A stretch of 28,098 bases of DNA from Candidatus Nanopelagicales bacterium (GTDB lineage Bacteria; Actinomycetota; Actinomycetes; S36-B12; CAIYMF01): contig JBDTDW010000142.1 in assembly GCA_039922855.1 (NCBI GenBank), forward strand, positions 1 to 28,098, read 5' to 3'. Position numbers and translations under genes: made by a program. Of the stretch, positions 8,072 through 16,815 are shown one piece after another. The stretch's first letter is position 1. The number at the start of each line of letters is the position of its first letter. Below the pieces are notes generated by a model. It saw only the letters and a list, made by a program, of their open reading frames with translations, had not been told where the DNA came from and did not search any database.

Positions 8072-8989
8072 CTATCCCTTCAGCCCGGTAGCGGCCACAG
8101 AGCGCACGAAATAGCGCTGCGCGGCGAAGAAGATGACCAGCATCGGCAGCAGGCTCATGACGTTCCCAGCCATGAGCAAGGTCCATTGCGTCGCGTGAGC
8201 ACTCTGGAAGAACGTCAGACCGAGTGGCAGCGTCATGTTCGACTGAGAGTCGATCACGATCAGCGGCCAAAGGAAGTTGTTCCACGAATCCAGGAATGTC
8301 AGTGCCGCAAGTGTTGACAAGGCAGGGAGTGACAGTGGAAGAACAATCTTGAACAGCACCCCGATGCGTGAGGTGCCGTCAATCCGTGCCGCTTCCTCGA
8401 GCTCCACCGGAATGGTACGAAAGAACTGCCTGAGGAAGAAGATGCCGAACGCGGTCACCAGATTGGGCACGATCAGCGCCCCGAGGTGGTCTATCCCGAC
8501 TCCGGAAGCGACATTGATCCCGAGCCATTTCACGATGAGGAACTCCGGGATCATCGTGACTTGAAACGGCACCATCAGCGTGACCATGAGCGAGGCGAAC
8601 AGCAGCGACTTCCCCGGGAAACGCAGTCTGGCGAAGGCGTAGCCGGCCAAGCTGCAGAGCACCAAGTTCGACAGCACGACGATCACAGCGACGATGGCGC
8701 TGTTGAGGAAGAACTGGCCGAAAGGCGCAGCATTGAGCGCATCCGGGTAGTTCGTCCACCTGATGGCGTGGGGGACCAGGGTGGGGGGGAACTGAGCCGC
8801 CTCGTCTGGTGTCTCGAGCGAGGTGATCAGCATCCACAGAAGAGGGACGAGCAACACGAAGGTGATGGGGATGAGGACCAGGTGCCAAGGGCTAGGCACT
8901 CGAGATCCACGGGCGTCCGGCACCAGGTTGCTGGTGCTTGTCCCGGACACCACGTCGTCGGGGACGGTCACGACCGTGTGTGCTGTCAT
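8072..8989 (-). CDS. Carbohydrate ABC transporter permease (MalG-like)
   Basis: Start MTAHTVV at 8989 overlaps the upstream stop (ATGA). LAGYAFARLRFPG, EAA loop ELEEAARIDG and WNNFLWPLI. The ORF-track extension to 9721 is spurious. Confidence 0.92.
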   Translation of the reverse strand: MTAHTVVTVPDDVVSGTSTSNLVPDARGSRVPSPWHLVLIPITFVLLVPLLWMLITSLETPDEAAQFPPTLVPHAIRWTNYPDALNAAPFGQFFLNSAIVAVIVVLSNLVLCSLAGYAFARLRFPGKSLLFASLMVTLMVPFQVTMIPEFLIVKWLGINVASGVGIDHLGALIVPNLVTAFGIFFLRQFFRTIPVELEEAARIDGTSRIGVLFKIVLPLSLPALSTLAALTFLDSWNNFLWPLIVIDSQSNMTLPLGLTFFQSAHATQWTLLMAGNVMSLLPMLVIFFAAQRYFVRSVAATGLKG

Positions 8990-9918
8990 GAGCTGTAGTG
9001 GACGAACTTGTTGCCCAGCCAGAACTGGATGGCGGTGACCAGGGCGATGACCAGGAACAAGGCGTACGCCATGGCGGCGGCATAACCGGCGTTGAACTGT
9101 CGAAACGCCTGGTCCCACAAGTAGTAGACGACGACGGATGTCGAGTAGAGCGGGCCCCCACGGGTGCTCAGGTAGACCTCGTCGAACAACTGCAGGGCAT
9201 TGATGGTCAGCCAGACGACGAGGAACAAGGTCGCCGGACTGAGCAGCGGGACCACGATCGTCCGTAGCACCGTCAACCGGCTCGCACCGTCGATCGCGGC
9301 GGCGTCGAGGACATCTTGCGGGATGCCCTGTAGCGCCGCCAGGTAGATGACCACCGCGAACCCGGTCCATCCCCACACGGTCATCAGCACGATCACGAAG
9401 AGCGCTTGGCTTGGGTCGGACATGAACGGCTGCTGCGGAATGTGGAGCAGGCTGAGCCCGTAGTTGATCACCCCGTAGACGGGGTCGAAGAGCCACAGGA
9501 AGACGATCGCGGTCGAGATCGATGAAACTGCCATGGTGACGTACGCCGCCGTGCGGTAGATCGATATCCCACGGATCTTCCGGTTGAGGGCGACCGCGAT
9601 CAGGAAGCCGACGACGATGGTGCCGGGAACGAACAGCGACGTGTACACGATGGTGTGCTGGATCGCTCCGGCGAACAGCGGGTCGTTCGCCATCTGCCGA
9701 TAGTTCGCCGTGCCCACCCAAGGTGTGTCAGGCGTGAGCAGATCGGCCTTCTGGAAGGACAGCAGCAACGACCACGCGATCGGCAGCAGGCCGAAGATGG
9801 CGATAAATATCGTCGCCGGAGATGCGAAGAGCCACCCGGTGGCGCTCTCAGAGCGAGCAACTCGGCGTACGAGGCGCCGGCCGGGCCTGCTGGAGGTAGG
9901 GGCAGCAGCAACCGCCAT
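8986..9918 (-). CDS. Carbohydrate ABC transporter permease (MalF-like)
   Basis: WVGTANY, LAALQGIPQDVLDAAAIDGAS (EAA loop), LQLFDEVY and AGYAAAMA. Confidence 0.93.
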   Translation of the reverse strand: MAVAAAPTSSRPGRRLVRRVARSESATGWLFASPATIFIAIFGLLPIAWSLLLSFQKADLLTPDTPWVGTANYRQMANDPLFAGAIQHTIVYTSLFVPGTIVVGFLIAVALNRKIRGISIYRTAAYVTMAVSSISTAIVFLWLFDPVYGVINYGLSLLHIPQQPFMSDPSQALFVIVLMTVWGWTGFAVVIYLAALQGIPQDVLDAAAIDGASRLTVLRTIVVPLLSPATLFLVVWLTINALQLFDEVYLSTRGGPLYSTSVVVYYLWDQAFRQFNAGYAAAMAYALFLVIALVTAIQFWLGNKFVHYSS

Positions 9919-9919
9919 G

Positions 9920-11227
9920 TCAGCTCCCGGTAGCGAGAACCTGGTTGACCTGCGTGGCGGCCGAGGTCAGGGCTGACTGCGGATCACTCTTGTTGAGCAT
10001 CACAGAGACGATCGCATTGCCGAGGATCTCGGAGATCTTGGGATAGGTCGTCACCTGAGGACGAGCTTGTTGGACGTTGGCGAGGTTGTTGATGAATAAC
10101 CCGACCCCGGGCAGCGCCTTGTCCATGCTGGCAACGAACGGTGCGTCCGTGGCCAACGACTGGCGCGTCGGCAGGTCTCCGGTTGCCAGCGAGAAAGCCT
10201 TGACCTGTTCCTTCGCCGTCAGCCAGACGACGAAGTCGGTGGCAGCCTTCGCCCGCGCGTCTCCGTTCTTGAACACCACCCAGTTGTCGGGCCCCGCGAT
10301 CGTCTGGTGACCGCCGCTGGAACCCTCATACGCGGGCATGATCTGGACGCCGTAGTCGACCTTGGGGAACGACGAAAGGTCCCACGGCCCCGTGATGATC
10401 ATCCCGACCTTACCCGCGTTGAACAGGTTCTCGGACTTGTCGTTGGAGGTGTCGAGGAAGACGGACTTGTCCGTCACCGCCATGTCGCGCAGCGTCGTCA
10501 GCGCCTGGACGCCTTGCGGGGAGTTGAATGCCGCCTGCTTGTTGTCCGGAGTGAGGAGCTGGCCGCCGGCCTCCCACAGCATGGCCTCCCAGTGCCAGAC
10601 CGTGTCTTCGCTGCCGTCGGCGGGGATAGTCCAGCCGAATTGCTTCTGCGCCGGATTGGTCATGGCTCGTGCGGCGTTCTCGAAGTCCGTCCAGGTCCAC
10701 GTAGGTGTCGGGGTGGGCACGCCCACCGCAGCGAACATCTTCTTGTTGTAGACGATCGCGAGGTTGTCCACGAGCGCCGGCATCCCGATCACCTTGCCGT
10801 TGACTGTTGCGACGTCGCTCTCGCCCGTGGGGAAGTCGCCCCAGTCCACTCCCGGTGCCTTCACCGTCTCCGTCAGGTCGACCACCAGGGGGATCTTGGC
10901 GACGCTCGGAGCCCAGGAGCCGTACAGGTACGCGACATCAGGTGGGGTGCCACCGCTCACGGCGGTCAACACCTTCTGCAGCGCATAGTCGTTGTTCACA
11001 TAGAGCGTAGTGACGTTCACATTGGGGTGCTGTGCGTTGTACTCCTTGACCAACGCGTTGAACTCCGTGCCCTCGGTGTCGGTCCAGCCGTGCCAGACCA
11101 CCACCGACACCTTTCCGCCGCTGGTTCCTGAACCACTCCCACCGCCGTCGCTGCCACTGCCGCAGCCGGCAATTGCCGTCACCAGCAAACCGGCCGCCAG
11201 TACTGCCAGACCTACCCGAGCCCTCAT
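9920..11227 (-). CDS. Carbohydrate ABC transporter substrate-binding lipoprotein (family 1)
   Basis: Start MRARVGLAVLAAGLLVTAIAGC at 11227 (lipobox IAGC, GAGAGG RBS). SG-rich linker, VWHGW, PDVAY, YNKKMF and GKVGMIITGPW. Confidence 0.93.
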   Translation of the reverse strand: MRARVGLAVLAAGLLVTAIAGCGSGSDGGGSGSGTSGGKVSVVVWHGWTDTEGTEFNALVKEYNAQHPNVNVTTLYVNNDYALQKVLTAVSGGTPPDVAYLYGSWAPSVAKIPLVVDLTETVKAPGVDWGDFPTGESDVATVNGKVIGMPALVDNLAIVYNKKMFAAVGVPTPTPTWTWTDFENAARAMTNPAQKQFGWTIPADGSEDTVWHWEAMLWEAGGQLLTPDNKQAAFNSPQGVQALTTLRDMAVTDKSVFLDTSNDKSENLFNAGKVGMIITGPWDLSSFPKVDYGVQIMPAYEGSSGGHQTIAGPDNWVVFKNGDARAKAATDFVVWLTAKEQVKAFSLATGDLPTRQSLATDAPFVASMDKALPGVGLFINNLANVQQARPQVTTYPKISEILGNAIVSVMLNKSDPQSALTSAATQVNQVLATGS

Positions 11228-11272
11228 GACTGGACCTCTCGTCGGTCGCCAACCCCGTGGAGCGTGTATCTT

Positions 11273-11288
11273 GTTCGAAATATCGAAC
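11273..11288. promoter_or_regulatory. Palindromic operator GTTCGA-AATA-TCGAAC (candidate IclR site 4), downstream of the ABC operon promoter
   Basis: Perfect 6-bp-arm palindrome identical in arms to 536-551. It lies between the promoter and the SBP start. Confidence 0.8.
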
Positions 11289-11311
11289 GATGTACGGTAG
11301 AGCGTCAAGGA

Positions 11312-11340
11312 ACGGTATCGACGGCCATGGGACGTGTCAA
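11312..11340 (-). promoter_or_regulatory. Housekeeping-sigma promoter of the ABC operon, TTGACA-17-TACCGT
   Basis: Consensus -35 (11340-11335), exact 17-nt spacer and TAnnnT -10 (11317-11312). Confidence 0.72.
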
Positions 11341-11393
11341 CGCATTCGCGGTCCCGATTCGGTGACGAATCCATACCCAGCCCTGGAGGAAGG

Positions 11394-11927
11394 TCACGTG
11401 ATCGGAGCCACGTATTCCATGAGCAGGTTGTCGTGCCAGCATTTGCCCTCGGTGTCGTGTTCATACCGGTGCATCACACCAATTGGCTCGAAGCCGCAAG
11501 CCCGGTAGCACGCGATCGCAGCGATATTGTTCAGGGCGGGGTCGCTGGTGATCCGGTGGTGGCCTCGTACCTCCACGAGCCACCGCAGGATCACTGCGAC
11601 GACCTCGCGGCCGAGCCCCCGGCGGTGCACCGAACCTGCCAGGAACACCTCGATGCTGGCCACCGCATACTCGGGGTCATCGCCCTCCCGCGCCTGAATC
11701 ATCCCGATGACCGCGCCGTCGGGCCCGATGTCGTGAGCACCTGACAGCTCGATCGCGAACAGCGTTTTCGACTGTGAGGCAGCGTCGGCATTCAGGAAAT
11801 CGGGACCGTGCCACCAACGGGCCACCTCCCGGGACCGACGGATCGCGGTGAGAGTCGCGCTGTCTTCGGCGGTGACCGGGCGAAGGACGGTGCGCATGGT
11901 CCGCAGGGTCAGATCGGCCGTGGACAC
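11394..11927 (-). CDS. GNAT N-acetyltransferase (RimL/AAC(6')-like)
   Basis: VSTADLTLRTMRTVLRPVTAED...VARWW...HRRGLGREVV...HHRITSDPALNNIAAIACYRACGFEPIG...WHDNLLME. The GTG at 11927 sits 6 nt below a CTGACA-17-CACCAT promoter (leaderless-type). Confidence 0.8.
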   Translation of the reverse strand: MSTADLTLRTMRTVLRPVTAEDSATLTAIRRSREVARWWHGPDFLNADAASQSKTLFAIELSGAHDIGPDGAVIGMIQAREGDDPEYAVASIEVFLAGSVHRRGLGREVVAVILRWLVEVRGHHRITSDPALNNIAAIACYRACGFEPIGVMHRYEHDTEGKCWHDNLLMEYVAPIT

Positions 11928-11963
11928 GGACCCATGGTGCCGCTGCCGTGGGAGGGTGTCAGC

Positions 11964-12335
11964 GTGATCGTGGGGATAGGCGTCGACATCGTGGACGTGC
12001 GCAGGTTCGTCGCCGTGATGGGTCGTACCCCGCGGCTGCAGGAGCGACTGTTCACCGCGAGGGAGCGCGTGAGGCACGACGGGACCCCGCTGGACGCCAC
12101 GTCGCTGGCGGCCCGCTTCGCAGCCAAGGAGGCGGTAGCCAAGGCGCTTGGCGTGCCGGGCGGTATGGACTGGCACGACTGCGAAGTCGTCGCCGCCGCC
12201 TCTGGCCAGCCGGCGCTGGAGCTGCGCTGGACGGTGGCCGCGGCCGCCGCAGACATCGGGGCGCACGCGTGGTCGTTGTCTCTGAGCCACGACGGTGGCC
12301 TCGCGATCGCCTACGTCGTAGCGGAGGGCCTGTGA
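11964..12335 (+). CDS. acpS: Holo-[acyl-carrier-protein] synthase
   Basis: VIVGIGVDIV, RLFT.RE, LAARFAAKEAVAKALG and SLSHDGGLAIAYV motifs. GGAGGG RBS 7 nt before GTG 11964. Confidence 0.93.
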   Translation: MIVGIGVDIVDVRRFVAVMGRTPRLQERLFTARERVRHDGTPLDATSLAARFAAKEAVAKALGVPGGMDWHDCEVVAAASGQPALELRWTVAAAAADIGAHAWSLSLSHDGGLAIAYVVAEGL

Positions 12336-13891
12336 CCGGCACCCTGACAAGCGGCCCCACGGCGGACAGCGTCGCCGTGCCGGTGGCGCAGGTCCGCCGG
12401 CTGGAGGCCGCGGCGATGGCGGTGCTGCCCGAAGGCGCGCTGATGCAGCGGGCCGCTGCCGGGCTCGCCGTCGTGTGCGCGGCCGAGCTCAAGAGCCGGG
12501 TCGGGCAGGTGACCGGGTCTCGGGTCCTGCTGCTGGTGGGCGCCGGCGACAACGGTGGCGACGCCTTGTACGCCGGGGCCCGTTTGGCGCGTCGCGGCGC
12601 CCGTGTCGATGCGCTGCTCGTCGACAAGCGGTGGCACGTACGCGGCGCGCAGGCGTTGCGGGCGGCCGGCGGCCGGGTGCAGGAGGTCGACGACCTGATC
12701 GTTGCTGGTGAGCAGATCGCGTCGACGGATCTGGTCCTCGACGCGATCCTCGGGATCGGGGGCCGCGGCGGGTTGCGCGAGCCGGCGGCCACCCTGGCGG
12801 GGATCGCATATGCAACTGAGGTGCCGGTGGTCGCGGTCGACCTACCTAGCGGTGTCGACGCCGACACCGGCTGGGTCGAGGGAGCCGCCGTCCATGCCGG
12901 GCGCACCGTCGTGCTCGGCGTGCTCAAGCCCGGACTGCTGGCAGGACCGGGTACGAGCCATGCCGGCGAGCTCACCGTCATCGACATCGGGCTGGACCTG
13001 CGAGGTGCGGCGGACCTGCCCGGGTCAGTCCGGCTGATGACCGACAGCCTTGCAGCGCAAGCGATCCCGCGTCCGGGTGCCGCCGACGACAAGTACACGC
13101 GCGGGGTCCTCGGGATCACCGCCGGCTCGGCGACGTACCCGGGTGCCGCGATCCTGTGCACCGGGGCTGCGCGGCACGGCGCCGCCGGGCTGGTCAGATA
13201 CGTAGGTCCGGTGTCGGGCGAAGTGGTCCGGCGCTGGCCCGATGTGGTCGCGTCCGAGGGCAGCCCCGCCGGTGCCGGACGGGTGCAGTGCTGGCTGGCC
13301 GGGCCCGGGCGCGGGACCGACGAGGACGCTCGCCGGGCGGCCTTGGAGGCGCTCGCCAGTGAGGTCGTCGTCGTACTCGACGCCGACGCGCTCACGCTGC
13401 TGGCGGGCCACGACGACGTCCGGGCAGCCGTACGCACGCGCCTCGCACCCACCGTCCTGACCCCGCACGCCGGCGAGTTCGCGCGTCTCGGGGGCGCGGA
13501 CCCCGGCCGCGATCGGATCGGTGCGGTACGGGGGCTGGCCGCGAACTTGCGCGCGGTGGTACTTCTCAAAGGGTCCGCCACGGTCGTTGCGGACCCGGAA
13601 GGCACGACGTACGTCTCGAACAATGCCCCGCCCGAGCTTGCCACCGCCGGCTCCGGGGACGTGCTGTCCGGGATCGTGGGGTCCCTGCTCGCGCACGCTC
13701 AGGCGCAGTCCGAGCGTCACGGCACGCAGCTGTCGGACGCGAGCGCCGCCGCGCTGGCGGCCGCCGCCGCGTACGTCCACGGCCTGGCCGGTTCGGTCGC
13801 GGCGTCATCGGGTCGCCCGGTCGCGGCGGTGGACGTCGTCGCCGCGGTGCCCGCGGCGGTGGCCCGGCTGCGGGCCGCGACCGGGTCCTGA
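12332..13891 (+). CDS. nnr: Bifunctional NAD(P)HX epimerase/dehydratase (YjeF)
   Basis: LMQRAAAGL, GAGDNGGDAL, DAILGIG, AVDLPSG, DDKYTRG, GPGRG, VLDADAL, LTPHAGEF and LATAGSGDVLSG. GTGA overlap with the acpS stop. Confidence 0.92.
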   Translation: MTGTLTSGPTADSVAVPVAQVRRLEAAAMAVLPEGALMQRAAAGLAVVCAAELKSRVGQVTGSRVLLLVGAGDNGGDALYAGARLARRGARVDALLVDKRWHVRGAQALRAAGGRVQEVDDLIVAGEQIASTDLVLDAILGIGGRGGLREPAATLAGIAYATEVPVVAVDLPSGVDADTGWVEGAAVHAGRTVVLGVLKPGLLAGPGTSHAGELTVIDIGLDLRGAADLPGSVRLMTDSLAAQAIPRPGAADDKYTRGVLGITAGSATYPGAAILCTGAARHGAAGLVRYVGPVSGEVVRRWPDVVASEGSPAGAGRVQCWLAGPGRGTDEDARRAALEALASEVVVVLDADALTLLAGHDDVRAAVRTRLAPTVLTPHAGEFARLGGADPGRDRIGAVRGLAANLRAVVLLKGSATVVADPEGTTYVSNNAPPELATAGSGDVLSGIVGSLLAHAQAQSERHGTQLSDASAAALAAAAAYVHGLAGSVAASSGRPVAAVDVVAAVPAAVARLRAATGS

Positions 13892-13937
13892 CCCTGCCCT
13901 GCGGGCCCGGGCAGGGGCGGTGAGGCAGGATCAGCAG

Positions 13938-15134
13938 GTGACGCCGGACGCTCAGGACGTGGGGGGGAACGACCAGCAGGGGTGGTCGCAGTCGGCCCGT
14001 CGCCGCGGGGCTGTCGCCGTCGTCGATCTGGCGGCCGTCACCCACAACACCGCCCGGATGCTCGCAGCGGCCGGTGGAGCTGCGGTCATGGCGGTCGTGA
14101 AGGCCGACGCCTACGGCCACGGGCTGGTGCCCTGCGCCCTCGCCGCGCAGCGCGGCGGCGCCACCTGGCTGGGCACCGCGCTGTTCGAGGAGGCGCTGCG
14201 CCTGCGCGACGCCGGCGTCGGCGGCCCGATCCTGGCCTGGTTGTCCGGACCGGGAGCGGACTGGGACGCCGTGCTGGCCCGCGGCATCGACGTGTCGGTC
14301 TCAGCCCCCTGGGCACTGCCAGAGCTCACGGCGGCCGCCGGTCGTGTCGGGCGCCCGGCCCGGGTCCACCTCAAGGTAGACACCGGCCTGTCGCGGGCCG
14401 GATCGCAGCCGACCGACTGGCCCGATCTGGTCACCGCTGCGGCCCAGGCGCAGGCCCTGGGAGCGGTGGAGGTCGTCGGCCTCTGGTCCCACCTGGCGTG
14501 CGCGGACACCCCGGAACACCCGGCAAACTCCACTGCGCTGCAACGGTTCCATGACGCATACGGTCAGGCGACCGCCGCCGGTCTGACACCCCAGGTGCGG
14601 CACCTGGCGAACTCGGCTGCGACGCTGGCGCTTCCAGACACCCGCCTGGACCTCGTGCGCCCTGGCATCGCGTTGTACGGGATCTCCCCCGGCGAGCAGA
14701 TCGGCACCGTCCGGGCCCTGGGGTTGCGGGCGGCGATGTCGTTGCGGGCACGCCTCGCGCTGGTCAAGCGGGTGCCGGCAGGGCAGGGCGTGTCGTACGG
14801 GCACGCGTACGTCACGGACCGCGAAACGGTGCTGGGACTGGTCCCGCTCGGGTACGGCGACGGCATCGCCCGTTCGGCGGCGAATCGCGGTCCGGTGCAG
14901 GCGGGACTGCTTCGGACGTCCGTGGTCGGGCAGGTGTGCATGGACCAGGTGGTCGTGGACCTCGGCCCGGGCTCCGCTGCCCGCATCGGCGACGAGGTCG
15001 TGCTTTTCGGAGACGCCGGCACCGGCGTGCCGGAGGTGGAGGACTGGGGTCGGGCCACCGGAACCATCGGCTATGAGGTGGTCACCCGCATCGGCCCGCG
15101 CGTCCCCCGCGCCTACGTGGGTGGTGTCGCATGA
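13938..15134 (+). CDS. alr: Alanine racemase
   Basis: AVVKADAYGHG, HLKVDTGLSRAG, SHLACAD, HLANSAA, VRPGIALYG, VSYG and GQVCMDQ. Start approximate (GTG 13920 or 13938). Confidence 0.93.
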   Translation: MTPDAQDVGGNDQQGWSQSARRRGAVAVVDLAAVTHNTARMLAAAGGAAVMAVVKADAYGHGLVPCALAAQRGGATWLGTALFEEALRLRDAGVGGPILAWLSGPGADWDAVLARGIDVSVSAPWALPELTAAAGRVGRPARVHLKVDTGLSRAGSQPTDWPDLVTAAAQAQALGAVEVVGLWSHLACADTPEHPANSTALQRFHDAYGQATAAGLTPQVRHLANSAATLALPDTRLDLVRPGIALYGISPGEQIGTVRALGLRAAMSLRARLALVKRVPAGQGVSYGHAYVTDRETVLGLVPLGYGDGIARSAANRGPVQAGLLRTSVVGQVCMDQVVVDLGPGSAARIGDEVVLFGDAGTGVPEVEDWGRATGTIGYEVVTRIGPRVPRAYVGGVA

Positions 15135-16258
15135 GCGCTCTTGACGACCTTCGCAACCTCGCCGGCCGGCTTCCCGGGGAGCCGGGGCGCTTCGCCGGCG
15201 CGATCGGCGCCGCGGGTGCTGCGCTGACCGTCGGCGCCGCACTGGGAGTGGCGGCCGAGCGCGCGTTGGTCCGCCGCGGGCCGCGCCACGACGACGACGG
15301 GGACCGCGAGCTGGGCACTCTGCGCGGACGGGTGGTCCCGGTCGTGGCCAGCGACGGGGTGCCCCTGCACGTCGAGGTGGACGAGCCGCGCGGGTCCCCC
15401 GCCCGAACTGGCGCCGACGCACTCACGGTGGTGTTCTGCCACGGGTTCGCGTTGACGCAGGACACCTGGCACTACCAGCGCCGCGACCTGCGGTCCTTGG
15501 GCCGGCTCGTGTTCTGGGACCAGCGCAGTCACGGCCGGTCCGGTCGCTCGGCGGCGGAGTCCGAAACGATCGACCAGCTCGGCCAGGACCTTGCTTCCGT
15601 CATCGACGCGACCTGCCCGCCTGATGGCCCCGTGGTGCTGGTCGGGCACTCGATGGGCGGGATGACCGTGATGGCGTACGCCGAGCTGCGTCCGGCGGAC
15701 TTCGGGTCCCGGGTGCGCGGCGTCGCGCTGATCGCCACGTCGGCCGGTGGGCTGACCACCGATGTGCTGCTCGGCCTGCCGCCCGCGCTCTCGCGTGGCC
15801 TGTGGCGGCTCACCCCTGGCGTGGTCAGCGGCCTCGTGCGGCAGAAGGACTTCGTGGAGCGGACCCGGCAGATGGGCAGCGACCTCGGACTCGTGCTGAC
15901 CCGGCACTACTCGTTCGGGTCGCAGGTGTCCCCGGCGCTGGCCGAGTTCGTGCACGACATGATCTGGGCTACGCCCATCGAGGTCGTGGGGGAATTCCTG
16001 CCTACGCTGGACACCCACGACAAGCGCACCGCGATCCAGGCGCTGCAGCGCGTCGATACCGTCGTCATGGTCGGCGAGAAGGACCTCATGACACCCCCGA
16101 GCCACAGCGAGGCGATCGTGGCGCAGCTGCCCGGAGTTGAGCTGGTCCGGATCCCCGGCAGCGGCCACATGGTCATGCTTGAGCGCTACCCCGACGTGAA
16201 CGACCAGGTGCGAGCCCTCGTCTCCCGGGTCCGCAAGGATCTCGCGACGAACGGATGA
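15131..16258 (+). CDS. Alpha/beta-fold hydrolase (conserved between alr and tsaE in actinobacteria)
   Basis: HGFAL, WDQRSHGRS, nucleophile GHSMGG, GEKDLMTP and GSGHMV. N-terminal hydrophobic stretch. Confidence 0.88.
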   Translation: MSALDDLRNLAGRLPGEPGRFAGAIGAAGAALTVGAALGVAAERALVRRGPRHDDDGDRELGTLRGRVVPVVASDGVPLHVEVDEPRGSPARTGADALTVVFCHGFALTQDTWHYQRRDLRSLGRLVFWDQRSHGRSGRSAAESETIDQLGQDLASVIDATCPPDGPVVLVGHSMGGMTVMAYAELRPADFGSRVRGVALIATSAGGLTTDVLLGLPPALSRGLWRLTPGVVSGLVRQKDFVERTRQMGSDLGLVLTRHYSFGSQVSPALAEFVHDMIWATPIEVVGEFLPTLDTHDKRTAIQALQRVDTVVMVGEKDLMTPPSHSEAIVAQLPGVELVRIPGSGHMVMLERYPDVNDQVRALVSRVRKDLATNG

Positions 16259-16806
16259 ACGCGCGGGTGCTGGAACGCGTCGTCACCGACCGGGACGCCA
16301 TGCACGCGCTGGGCAAAGAGCTCGCGGTTCTGCTGAGGGCCGGGGACCTGGTGCTGCTGTCCGGGGAGCTCGGCGCCGGCAAGACGACCCTCGCGCAGGG
16401 CATCGGGGAAGGCCTGCACGTCCGAGGCCCCGTCACCTCCCCGACGTTCGTCCTGGCCCGGGTGCACCCCAACCTGGGTACTGGACCTGCCCTCGTGCAC
16501 GTCGACGCGTACCGGTTGGCCGGCTTGCACGAGGTCGACGACCTCGACCTCGACGCCTCGCTCGAGGGCGCAGTCACCCTCGTGGAGTGGGGTGAGGGCA
16601 AGGCCGACGGGCTCGCCGAGGACCGGCTCGTGATCCGGATCGCACGCACCCTGGGCGCCCCGGTGCCGGGCGACCAACGCGAGGACGAGGACCAGGACGA
16701 GCCTCGCACCGTCACGGTCACCGCAATCGGCCCGCGTTGGTCGGTGCCACAGGCTGACCCTGCCGAGGGCACCCACACACCGGCCGCGCCCGGCGCGGCC
16801 TCGTAG
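16255..16806 (+). CDS. tsaE: tRNA threonylcarbamoyladenosine biosynthesis ATPase TsaE
   Basis: GELGAGKTT, VTSPTFVL, HVDAYRL and VEWGE. Confidence 0.95.
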   Translation: MNARVLERVVTDRDAMHALGKELAVLLRAGDLVLLSGELGAGKTTLAQGIGEGLHVRGPVTSPTFVLARVHPNLGTGPALVHVDAYRLAGLHEVDDLDLDASLEGAVTLVEWGEGKADGLAEDRLVIRIARTLGAPVPGDQREDEDQDEPRTVTVTAIGPRWSVPQADPAEGTHTPAAPGAAS

Positions 16807-16815
16807 GCTGCGAGC

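Noticed and set aside
8990-9721. 549-aa permease ORF suggesting a fused double permease
   Set aside because: The extension is an off-frame reading of the upstream permease. Two separate permeases with an ATGA overlap explain the region.
11948-12331. Apparent N-terminal fusion/extension of nnr overlapping acpS
   Set aside because: It is an alternative frame of acpS. The YjeF homology begins after GTG 12332, which overlaps the acpS stop.
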